Source: Acanthaster planci | Lineage: Eukaryota | Assembly: GCF_001949145.1 (NCBI RefSeq) | Contig: NW_019091356.1 | Coordinates: forward strand, 3,070,713-3,134,712 | Length of the DNA: 64,000 bases | Reading direction: 5' to 3' | Part shown: piece after piece, positions 27,660 through 39,900 of the stretch | How positions within the stretch are numbered: position 1 is the first letter of the stretch | How the letters are laid out: every line of letters begins with the position of its first letter | Notes under the pieces: generated by a model | What the model was told of the DNA's origin: nothing | Seen by the model: the letters and a program-made list of their open reading frames with translations, nothing else | The model's database searches: none | Program-made: the position numbers and the translations under genes

Positions 27660-28746
27660 CTGTGAAAAACAAAGATGACAAGGAATTCTAGGTTGGCCAG
27701 CCGGCCGAGATCTTCGATGAAGCCAGTTTAGGGCCTATGACGCAACATTTGTATGTTAATTAAATTTTATTTTATCAAAGATTTTTACCAACATCAGTAC
27801 ATGTACATGAATAACGTATATGGCAAAAAAAAAAGATGATAAAAAAGTTGTAAAGGAGCAAAACTCAAAGTGGAATTGTGTCACACATGTTCTTTGGTAA
27901 TTAGCCTGCTGTTACTGCCGAGCACTGTTTCTGAAGAGTGGCTACAATATTATGGCCTTTTTCTTTTTCAGGATATGCAATAATTTAGCTCTTGAACAAC
28001 TGAAAGCATAATTGTGGTCGACAAAAAGTTCACGTCATCGATTCGAAAGTTGAAATTCTTTACTGTTCACTGCCCATGCATGACTAGCCACGCTGCATGT
28101 AACAGTTTCCCTGTCTCTACTGAATGGCTTGGCCTGCTAGAATAATCCGACAAACATGTCGGCCAACAAAGGCATTTTTCAGCAAGAGCGATGAGCCGGT
28201 GTCTGGTGTAATAATGGAGTTTGGGAGGCACTTCAATGGGTTGTGGCGCTTTCTGAGTGGGTGAGTGAGCACCGTCTGGCTTCCAACTGCTGTAGAGTGT
28301 TGATAATGGTTTAAGGTTACTCAACTGAAACGCATTTTTCACATGGATCAATGTGTTGAACAGAACTGTTCAACTGGTCAGATGAAATGATATTCAAAGA
28401 GAAGACATGGGAAGTCTTTAAACACCTATCAGTGAACTTAAAGTTTAATCAAATGATTCAATGGTTGAGGATAAGTTACATGTGCATGCTTCAGTCAAGA
28501 TAAGTTTCCCTTAACTCTACTCAAAAGTACATGTACATCCACACTCCGAACATACAGTGTTGCAAGTATAATCCGGGACAAAATAAGATCAATCTGCCCA
28601 AACTCAAGTTCAAGTGTCCAAAACAACAGTGACACCATTAGCCTAAGGATTCAGAGTGCATGTAATCTGATTTTGAAATATGAATCAATGAGACAATTTT
28701 TAAGAAAACACTAGAGACGTTTTGCATACAGGTGTCTAAAACATGC

Positions 28747-28970
28747 ATGGGTTACTCTATACATGTAGGCCTACGTATATTCCAGGTCCAAAAGCGTGAC
28801 ACTGTTGTGTCCGTGTTATACCAAACCTGTGCAATTCAACATAGAATATGACTGAAATTGAGTTCAAACAATTTATGTTTGTTTGGCAGGTGATATGAAT
28901 CACTTACATGTAATCACTCTTGGGCAAAAAAAAAAGTCTTCTGAACTTTCACAATCATGTCAGCTGAGAC
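28747..28970 (+). mobile_element. MITE family A, diverged copy
   Basis: ATGGGTTACTC...GGTCCAAAAGCGTGACA...TGTTTGTTTGGCAGGT...ATCACTCTTGG...CTGAACTT. Confidence 0.6.
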
Positions 28971-29929
28971 TTGGACTCACACAAAATTAAATCCTTAATT
29001 TATTGAAGGACCCAAATCTTTATTTTCATACTGGTAATAAACATGTGTAGACCCCATCTTGTTACTACAAAGTTTTTTCGAAGATTCTCCTCTCTCATCA
29101 CCAGTATTTCAAAGATAATTTCAAACTGGCATATTTGACTTTACTGTTGCCATATTCCTTTCGAAAATATTTTCATCATGTTTATTTTCTCCCCCAAAAT
29201 TTCAGGGAAAGTGACATCACTTGACACTCTGTACACAAACCGTATGAGAACCTTGGGGTCTGAAAAATTTTTAAAATGTTTTTAAAGTAAATGATTCAAT
29301 ATTTTCACTGCTGAATTTGACTTTGGGGGCATGTTATGATTTTGTTATTATTTTCTCATGGCTTACAAACAAGTGAGAATGGAAAGAGTTCCATATATAT
29401 ATATACAACACTCGATTCTCCTGCGCACAGTATCAGACTTGTCTGAAAAACCGAAGTGTTTTGTAACTGCCTCGGAATTTTCTTACCTAAATTTCACTTT
29501 TTAGGGCATGTTGTCACTTTTTGATGGCTGCTGTAATATTTTAAGGGAAAATAAATAATGTCCACAGATGCAACTCTTATTAATGATGAGAAATAAACCT
29601 TTTTCAACTTCAAGTTGACTATATTCTTCTGTTGGTCAAAATTCAATAACACTAATGCTAAAAAAAGGTCGCTGCACCTTCTAAACATGCCAATAGGAGT
29701 TTATTTTTACATGACGTGCCTGGCAATGGCAACACAAAAAGATGAACAAGCACCATGATTTGCATACAAACATGACATTGAAAAAACACGACACGGCAAA
29801 TCATTTTCTTCGTTACAGAAACAAATACATATTCTTAAGCCAATAGTTAACTAGGAAGATCAGTATCCTGAAATGATAGCCATGCAAAGCTAACGCAATT
29901 CCCTGTTTCTTGTGAAAGAGTACGAAAGT

Positions 29930-30330
29930 TTCCGCGCAGCACTCAGCATTGAAAACCTGCCGGAAGGAAAGCCCACTGCGACCCCACGACATCATGGCAA
30001 CACGGGACGCCAAACCACTCGACTCTCTTAACTTTCTCGGACTTTCGTCGATGTGACAGGACTTTTTACTTACCAGCGACAACCTGGGCGAAAAGGACCG
30101 CATGAATCCCCCAAAACAGCACTGGAGTGACCCTGGGCTCCAGGCATTTCATGGTGTCCGGGAAATGAAGTCCATAATCCAAAAGCGACGATTCTATATC
30201 AACAAATTTCCGTCATTTCTACGCAAAAGTTTCACTTCCGCACATGTTCTCCGCATACGTATACGTTCATGTACAACAAGGATTAGCTTGGCTGTGCAGC
30301 ACGCATCACCGGTCAACAGCGCACTTGTTG
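29930..30330 (-). promoter_or_regulatory. Candidate CpG-rich promoter/first exon of the PKD1L1-like gene
   Basis: Local CpG enrichment; strong minus-strand donor CTG|gtaagt at ~30073 preceded by ATG at 30103. Confidence 0.35.
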
Positions 30331-30950
30331 TGTGCGGTTTTGTTTACCCCAGGGCCATTTTCAATCTCAGCATCTCATAACTGGAACTACTTTCCTTCTA
30401 TATCACTGCGCACAAACATACCCACCCACCGTCACAGACAGGTCATTTTTGTCTGGAAATAATGACTATAATTAAGCATATTAATAATTCCTACAAGAAA
30501 TTCCGGAAATTATATTTGCTGGTTGACAGTTTGTCGTTTAACTGATTTCATGAATGAGGCGGATGATTACATGTTCACTAGCGTGATTGTTTTGTATCTG
30601 AGTGTATAGCAGGTGCGAAGTTGCGTACCGCGCATGGTGCTATACTGTACATTAAAAGCTGTATGGTACCATGTGATTCTACCTCCATGATGGTACCGAG
30701 GCGCATTTTTTCCTGCCAGCTATTTGATCCCAGCATAATTGAACTATATAAAACATTGTTTAACCTCCCCTTTTAATTTCACCCACTTACTTTTAACCCC
30801 CCCCCACGGGACAGACATATAAACTACATGTATTTTAAATGCTTTGCTGGTATTGAGCGATATAAAACAAATAACAACCCCCCCCCAAAAAAATCAACGT
30901 CTCAAAACAGCATCAGACATATTTCTTTGTATAGTGTGATTTCAGAATCA

Positions 30951-30956
30951 TTTATT
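30951..30956 (-). terminator. Candidate distal polyadenylation signal of SOAT1
   Basis: AATAAA on the minus strand at the far end of a ~2.9 kb AT-rich tract without convincing coding sequence downstream of the SOAT1 stop; more proximal AATAAA hexamers also exist (~32023, ~33032, ~33129). Confidence 0.35.
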
Positions 30957-33850
30957 CACGGGGACATCCATATATCGACATCAATATAATCTGTACAAAT
31001 CTCATATAATTTCTCTTTGCCACAAAATTTTACCAAATTAAACTAGCCCAATTCCAAGGCACTCAAACTGAAACAAAAAAAATTACGAAATCGTCAGGTT
31101 TTGAAACTGAAGGAAAATCAACAATCAATAGATATGTTGCCCACAATATGCGAGTCGGAAAGAAAACATCAGTATAAAGCATATCCTGCTTTTACCGTAA
31201 TGTTACGTGAAGTATAAAGGCATTTTCATTTGCACTTGAAAAACCATTCTTTTTACTTTAAGGGAGTTGGAAGGGGTAATTTGAAAACTGCAAGGTAATT
31301 GAAGTTCAAATCTCTGACACACATCTTCTTTTACTAATCATCGCAAGAAACAAACTCGTTTTTTGGAGTTTTGTACTCTTTTATGACATGAATCAACGAC
31401 TACATAGTTACATTTTCAATTAATGTGGAAAATAACATTTATAATATCTCACATAATTTAAGTAGTTCTTTAACAATCTGTCATGTTTCAATAGTATTGA
31501 CACATTAATGTTATTTTCTATTTTGCAATCCACCGAAGCTAACAAAAAGAGCCAGTAAACATATTCTGCTGAATATTTAGTACCCTGACACCGAAATAGG
31601 TTGAACTTTTCTTTAAAATTTAATACTTAATGTATAAACACTTGAAAAAACTTCAAGGTGTAACACATACGCCGAAGCCCTATGAGGAGCTATGAGTCAC
31701 AACATACAGTTGCAAAAATGACAAGGCCACAAAAGCTGGGTAAAAAAAAACAGAGGTTAGTTCTCTTTTTTGCCTAAATCTTGGCAAATCTGGCAAATCA
31801 ATTCTTTTAAGTCTGAATTTAACAAAAAAATACCAAGAGTTGTGCACGATTTGCAACCCATTATGTTTTGTGTCTACAGTTTCGAGCAGCACCTTTCCAC
31901 TATAAGGTGGGCCTGGAGGTTTCTCACAATTTCATAACATCTTTACAAAAAAATTCTTTGGTACGAAATAAACACTGTAAACAGAATACAATCTGTTGTA
32001 TTTTCATCTGCAGTTTGCCTACTTTATTTTAACATCAAAATGTCCAAAAGGATGCCCAGTTTGGACCATCCAGACCGTCATTTGGAACGTGGCCTTGGGG
32101 CCTGGCCTTGAGGGCATGATTGCACCAGTGGCTCTCGAAAGCTGATTTTATTTATCAGCAGAGAAAGAATCGTTCACAAGATAACAATCATCTCAGATGT
32201 CATTGACCATGAACGCCGCGAGAGTTGCAGGCATAGGCAAAATGTGAGCGACAATGAGATCTTTAAAAAAAAGTTTGACTGGGGTTGTTTGAGCGTGACA
32301 GTATTGCACGTGTGGCTTGTTAACAAAGTTATTGAACTATAGCTAGCCCCTGGGCTTGCTCTCGTACTGTTACACACTGGGTTTTCCACAAGGTACTTCA
32401 AAGTATCAAACAGAGGGCGCTACTGTAAGGAACTGATGTTGATAACATCTCTTTTTAGTTTTGAAACACAGAGGGCCCTATTTCCCCCATTCAAAGTTTA
32501 ACTTTTGAAACTGAATGCCAACAGAGGGCGCTGGTCGTAAAGACCACTTTTTGCACCATGCTTTTGTACCGTGATCACATCAAGCAGGCGCCCGTTTATG
32601 TGGCCCTTTAACCTCACATTCAGGACTTTGCATGACTGTCACTACTTTCACAAGCTATTAAAAAAACAAGTTTTCCCGACATGCGGCAGCAGATGACATT
32701 ATTAAAAGTACTGACTTAACTGAGACATTAGATGGAAACGACCATCTCCTTTTGCCCAGTGACTTTCTATAATTCTGTGTAGATGCCTCCTCCATTCAAA
32801 TGAGATGAACAGTAATTTATCACATCAGAATATGGTAATCATAGGTAAAGCCCAAGACAGATTGAAGCAATTATTCAAATTTCACATTTTTCAATTCCGG
32901 CACTGTTAATGAGAAATCTACACTCTCAGAAGTTTAAGATCAACAAATTGTACTTTGGAGATAAGGTATAGAAAAAAAATCATACTTTCCTCATTTCAAA
33001 CTCATTAAAAGTGTTCTTTTTTTCTTAATACTTTATTCAGACTTTGTACAATACTTTCTGTCTAAATGACAACTTATTTCTGGAGAAATACATTTTTGAC
33101 TGAGCGTTTGGTACAAACTGTACCTCGGTTTATTTGCCTTTTTTTTTTTCTCTCTCAAAACTTTTTAAGATAAATACTGCTTTGCAACAAGACACAGTTC
33201 TCAGGGCCTCTGACATGAATTGCATTGTAAATCACCATGACATTAACACAAAAATTTCTTATTCTTACATTTTAAGATCTAAGAAAAAAAGTTCTATAAA
33301 TGATTGCATAATTACCCATGACAGAAATCGTAATGCAAGAGAGAGCACAACTGTACACTCTATAGACCGTAAGCACCAACAGAAGAGGGCCTTGTGTTCT
33401 TCACTGGTCCACACATGCTGGTCATCGAAAATCTTCATTCAGAAATTTCTGAGCAGACATACCAGGGGGAAAGCGAAGAGCTGCCTGCTGATGAGGTTCA
33501 AGTAGGCTGGTACCCCGACCCACAATCTTACACATGTATTCTAGACTTGGAAAGGAGGGATGGTTACCAGTCAGGAAATTAAGAGCTCTCTTATCCATCA
33601 CTGGTTCCCACGCAGCAATATCAAATGCTCAAAACTGCTGCATACCAGGCAAACTGATGCATTTTGACTGCCATCTTTGGTATTTTACAATAAAAGGCAT
33701 ACTCATGGACAAAGTCTCCATAGCAAACTGACTTCTGAAAATAAAGTCTTAAAGTCAGTGAATTCCACTTTATATCGGCCCCAAAGGTCTGAAACCTTTT
33801 TCTGGGGAAAATGCTCTATACCTGTTCGTAGACGGAATGTTCTCAAAAAT

Positions 33851-33907
33851 TCAGAACTTCCAGTTGCAAAAGAAAGACTTTGGCACGACCAACTCTGCTG
33901 CAGCATC
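33851..33907 (-). CDS. SOAT1: SOAT1 last coding exon
   Basis: [22 protein letters not shown], resembling the ACAT C-terminal PRSWxC motif. Confidence 0.85.
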   Translation of the reverse strand, partial: DAAAELVVPKSFFCNWKF

Positions 33908-36900
33908 CTGGAATGTAAAACGAGAAATTGAAAAAAAAAATCAGTAGTTTTATCCTTATTTCAGTAGTTTTATCTTTATTTATCTTGTTCACTGATGAGT
34001 TGAGCATTCATCCCTTGATTGTAAAAGTACAGTAAATGGTGAAAAGGGGTTCATACGAACAATGTGTAAAAGTTATTAGTCGCTGCTGGTGCAAATCTAC
34101 GAAAAAAATTATTATGTCACTAAATGGCACTCCATACCCTCTGAATACCAGTGTTGGTGTGTGGATGAAGTATGGACAGCCAACACTAACATTACAGCTT
34201 GTTGAAAAAGGAAAAAAATGCATCTGCTCTCTAGATCTTTGACAGAGTGTGGCTTCCTCAAAACTGGTCTTAAAAGGAAATATCCCTTTCTCAAATCCAC
34301 CAACAAATCCTTCAGCCTAAACCATCAATATTTCCAACAGAGCTTGGTGTCTCAAATCAGAACACATAGAGTATGCAGTCAGTTTATCCCCTCCTGTGGG
34401 CCAAATCAGACAGATTTCTTGCCCAAATGACAAGGGCTTTTTCCCCCTGTATTGTGATCACGTCCATCCTTCAAGGACTCACCAAAAACGTTAAGTTCCC
34501 GTCTGGCGACTGGCAGTGTTGCCGGGCGTACCACTCTTGGCTGTACAGACACATGAGGATCCCGTTGCCAATGAAGAGCGAGAGCCAGACGAGGATGTTC
34601 TGGACGTTGGACGACCCGTTGCTAGGGATGAAGATGAACATGACTGCAGGGTGGAGAGGGACAGGAGATAGAGATTCCCTAGTTACCGCCCACACTGTTA
34701 TGTGCCAGTTGGTAGCCGGGACAGCTCGCGTGGACCAGGGAAATGGTGCCTGCTCCAAATACACTGAAAAATTGACTGAGGTGGGAATCGAACTGTCAAC
34801 CTCTGGAAAAGCACACTGGTGCTCTACCAATGGAGTCATCCAGCAGTTAACTGGTGAGAAACGAACCGTGGACCTCTGTAGAAAAAATATGCAGGCAATC
34901 TAGCAAACTGAACCTTGCATCTCCCATGTTGGGAGTCTCCTGATCTGTCAGGTCACATAAGAATGACCTGGCTACGGCTAGCAATTATACACACATCTGT
35001 GGGAAAGTTGCTTGCGGCTTCCACAGACACACATGCTATTTGTAGCCGCAGCCACGTAATCTGAACATTAGCCAGGAGCCATAAATATCGCATGGCTAGG
35101 CATTCCTCTCAATCACAACCCTAACGACACGAGCATCACCACGCTTGAAAAACGACAGCCAGAATCACTCACAGGCATCATCAATTTCTTTTTCCACTTC
35201 CAATAAGAAAAATCGACCCTAAAAGATGGTTCCCTTGGATGCTTCCTCAGAATGCGTTGGGGAAAAAAAAATGAGAAGGGGGACAAATATCACACTCACA
35301 TCCAACTCCCCCAAAGAGGACCATCAAGACGGGGAAGAAGAAGCCGAACGCTAGGGATAGCACGTACTCGTGGACGAGAGCCGAGATGACAAAGACTGCC
35401 ATCATGGAGATGCTCTTCCTCATCTGCAGGAGCTGACGAGAGGAAGCAGAGAGGACAGAGGTAAACATCGATGGAAGGAAATCAAGAGAAACAGGGATAG
35501 CAGTAACTTTGAGTCCCCCCCACTCATTTTTTTCAGGTTTTTCAGTTTGCAAGACGCACTCCCCTACAACGTGACAAAGACTGAGCAGGGTCCGATTAAA
35601 AAACTATTCCGCAGACCCCTTGGTATCAGTGTTCCGTGGGCTCCACTCCAACCCGGGTTTGAGCACCAATTTCATAATGCCGATTGGTGCTGCATTTTGG
35701 GTTCACCCTTAGCCAGAGTAAACTATGATTTAATATCAAGCCTTCCCGAGACAGAAAATTTGGAGAGAGATGCTGAAACCTCTCTTGTGTGGGTGTGAAC
35801 ATTGGTGGTTGTGTTTTACAAATCACCTGCGATAATTTCGTAAGACCCCACACTTTTTCCCAGGCCCTCGAACTGTTTACAGGCCTTCGGCACAGTGCCT
35901 ATAGTTCCTATTGGATAACCCAGCCTTTCGGCTACCACAGAACTGTGGTAAACAATATTGGCTCCACCCTACCTGGAAGTCTCGGTAGATGTACGTATAC
36001 AGCCAGTCGTGCACGACAATGTTCCAGGTGCGGTAGTAGTTGGCGTATGACTTACAGTTCCACCAATCCTGGATAACGAGCAAAACCGTCAAGGGCATCA
36101 TGGGGAGGGTACCAGCATGGGAAGGGTACCAGCATGGGAAGGGTACCAGCATGGGAAGGGTACCAGCATGACAAGGTGACTAGAAACAGAACACTAACAA
36201 GTAATTTTCCATTTCTTTTCTAGTACTGCAGTACTTGAGTAGTTTTTTTTACCCTTACTCATACTGGTACTCAAATGAAAAAAAACCACCTATATTCGTA
36301 ATTTGTATTTACATGAACAAACATGTATTCATACTCGTGGTGAAGAACCACTCATACTCAACATGGAGTATTTGTATCATGATGAAGAATTTGCACTTGT
36401 GGTGGAGTACTCCCACTCGAATTCATACTCACATAAACAAACAAAAAGGACATTATGATAGCAGCCAAGTTCAACACCTGCGCGGGTACCTCAATTAACA
36501 GACTTGTTTATACATGTTATGAAGAACTCACTCTGTACTCATGGTGAAGTATTCATACTCACATAAACAAATAAAAAAGACATTATGATAGCAGCCAAGT
36601 TCAACACCTGCGCGCGTACCTCAATTAACAGACTTGTTTATACATGTCATGAAGAACTCACTCTCGTACTCGTGGTGAAGTTCTTATGCTTGTAACTGAA
36701 CTCATCACTCATGCAAATATATTTGACTACAAAACTGTCGCTTTTTTTTTTTAAAGCTCACTTTGTAGAACTGTCGGTCCGCGAAGCGCATCATCTCAGC
36801 GAAGGCGTTCATCCAGGAATGCAAGATGGCGAAGAACGCCAGGATGAGGACTAGCGTGCCTGGCAGCACGCAGCTGAAGACGCAGAGGATCAACCGCTGG

Positions 36901-39900
36901 ACGGTCAGCGTCTCCTGGCTGAAGTTGCGGAAGACGGGCACGCAGAACCGCTCAAAGGTGTAGTAGGTGTAGAAGAGGCATGCCAGCACCTGGGGGGGAG
37001 GGGGTAATGTACACGGGGATAGGGAAGGTGAATGAAGCCATTTCATGACCTGACGTATCCATCTCCAGCGGGACCACGAGAGGGCGCAATTTTCACAGAA
37101 ACGGAGGCTCCTTGGGTGGGAGCTGCATTTCGCTGGTTCACGCATTTAAGGAAGCATGGCTGCCAACAAAATGAACACTCCCCTCTAACATGGCTCTTTT
37201 TAACCAACGAAGGGGTGCTGCTACTCAAGGCGGAGAGACCAACAGCAAGTTCTTCAATTTTAGGCATGTGTCCGTTTGCGAGGGCGGATCCAGGGGGAGC
37301 ATGGCCTGCCAAAAAGGAAGCCCCCTCAATGCGATTTTTAGAATAATGAAAGGGGGGACTTTTCGGTTCATTTCCTTTCCTAAAAAAAGCATGTAACAAG
37401 ACCCCAACATAGCGTCAACCCTTGGAAAAGCCATAAAAGGTTACATTAAAAAAATTTCCACATATTTGGGCCCCCTGTATCAGCATGATGCCCTCAAACC
37501 CCCCCCCAAGTTCAGTTCTGGATTTGCCCTTGTCTGTTTGGAAAGAGACAACATCCTACTTCTCAAAGATGTAGTCAAAAAAATTTCTGATGGGAATTAG
37601 ACATGCTAGCCTGGTGCTCCAGCTTGCTGAATATTGTCTGCACGTGCACTGGGATTTCTGTGTACATCAAGATTTCTGGACATCAAGGGTAGGCGTTATA
37701 ACCCGTGTTTATTGTTACCGAAGAGGTCACAGGCAGAACGAGATGTCGTGCAGTCACAAGAATTGTTCACTCACCAAAACACAAGAACACTTCGCAATCT
37801 TTGTTTCTTGTGAATTTATCACTGATTCAAAACCATCTGAGCCATGTTTGTTAACTCTTCAAATTTCTGTATCAGTGCTATATGGCTGATTTGCAAGACT
37901 AGTCGCAAGTCCATTCACAAGTAACAGGATGAACGATGACAAAGGAATGCTTTTTAAAGTTCATTAAGTAGGTAATGATTTGACCCGAGACCAAACGACA
38001 CTTGAGGGGACTTGTGATGGACTTGGCTACAACTTGGCTCCGTCCACCTCCTGGGGCTAGCTGCTCACCTGTAGGAAGTTTGTATTGACCACGTGCCACC
38101 GGATCCTGGGGGTGCGCGGGTAGCGGTCCCGGTAGATCAGCGTGGGAGCAAAGAGGAAGTACAGGAAGTGAGAGAAGTCAGGGCAGGGCCCGGGACTGCC
38201 GTCGTGGCCACCGCCGCTGTCGCTGTTGGTACCCGGCTGGGCCTGGCAGGCCAAGCTCACGCCGTTGCCCCGTCTGAGGAAGCGGGGACAGCCTTCGCTG
38301 TTGCTGCGCATGTGGCCGTTGGTGCGGAGTTGGCCGTTGGTCGAGTGGAGCTGGGGGTTAGTGAGTCCATTCCTGTGCAGGAGACTGGCAACTGCAAGGC
38401 AATCCAAATGTACTGGTGCTGATTTCAACATCGTCAAATTACATCTCAAGCCCATAAACTCCACCCAAGATAGATTACATGCTAAGCATTAAATTCATCT
38501 TAACCCCTCTCCCCCCAACCCTACCAAAAATCCATATCTTAAAGTTAGAATCCTCTAAAAAAAATGCAACCAAATATTGGTCATATTGAAAAAAAGATGT
38601 CAACTAGAGTATTAATATCAACCAAACCTAAATCAGCTAGACCACGAAGCACCTTAATCCACAAAGCAGCTTAATCAACTTCATCAATAACTAAGCGGCA
38701 AATCAACTACACCCAAAAGTGACCCTGCAAGAGACTTGTCCAAAATTCAAATAGACAACACATTTCATCAGGCAAAATCAACAAAGAGTCACTTAAAAAC
38801 AAAATCAACTTAACCAAATAACTCAAACTACCCAAATTACTGAACTGAGAAATCGATACCAGAAAATCAATTTCACTCACCACCAACTACCTTCACAGGC
38901 TGATTTCATAGAGCTCAGAGCTCCTTAACACACAATTCTGCTAAGCATACCAAATATTTGCTATGCAGAATCAGGTTACCAGCAAAATGGCATGCAAACG
39001 ACATTACTCATGACTGGTTCCCAACTAGTTTTAGCTAACCACATAATTTTGCTAGGCAGTATGCAACAGCTCCATGAAATTCTGTGATCCAGATCTCAAC
39101 CTCAACTCCAAACAACCTACATATATTACCTGGATGGGGCTTCCACCGCAGGGCCCTGGGCACGTTCTCGCGGATGAAGGAGTGGGTCTTCATGATGAGG
39201 CGGAGTTGCTCTGCGATGACGATGATGGTGGAGGCAGGTGGAAGCTGGTGGGCAAGGACCGCCCACAGCGGAAAGACTACCATGAAGAGCTGGGAGGCGA
39301 AGTAGACACAAAGCCAAACCTGAGGAGGGCAGGTCAAAGGTTGAAGGTTAAAGTAACACCATTTTCCCCTGTACTTCAGAAAGTTTCTAGTTCATCGTCA
39401 CTGAGGAAAAGGATTATACAGTACTTTTGCATATTTATGGGGTGCACATTGTCCTAACTACAGTTTGCTACCCCCGCTCATCAAGATTATAAACTAATCT
39501 GAGTAGACACATTTTTCAGCTTGACGTGCACGTGCATGTGGCAAATCACAACACCCTAGTGGTCGACGATGCATGTGACGTGCACGTAACAACCGTCTAA
39601 ACGAGTTGTACCACCACAGTGATGACTTCTAATTCTAATTGTCAAAGTACACTACGAAATTATTCCATGGGCTTTGAGCTCGACAGGTATAAATGCTTTC
39701 TATTCCAAACAAAAGGCTTCGTCGACCGCTCGGCCCTGGAAAATAGCAGGTTGTGCATTCATGTCGAGCCCTATTGAAAGTGTATTCTCGCGAGCTCTTG
39801 GTGAACACCTAGCCTCTAGTAATGAAACCATTACGTCGGGCCTACCCCATCGGGAATACGGTTTGGTTTATGGCGATTGGTGGCCCAGTACTGGAACATG

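Noticed and set aside
29716..29733. RFX X-box near the polycystin promoter (GTGCCTGGCAATGGCAAC)
   Set aside because: Only a half-site-quality match; no clean X-box was found at either ciliary gene.
34373..35798. Plus-strand ORFs of 140-176 aa overlapping SOAT1
   Set aside because: Antisense shadows of GC-rich SOAT1 exons; no recognisable domain.
36106..36681. CRISPR-like array
   Set aside because: Direct tandem repeats without unique spacers in a eukaryotic intron.
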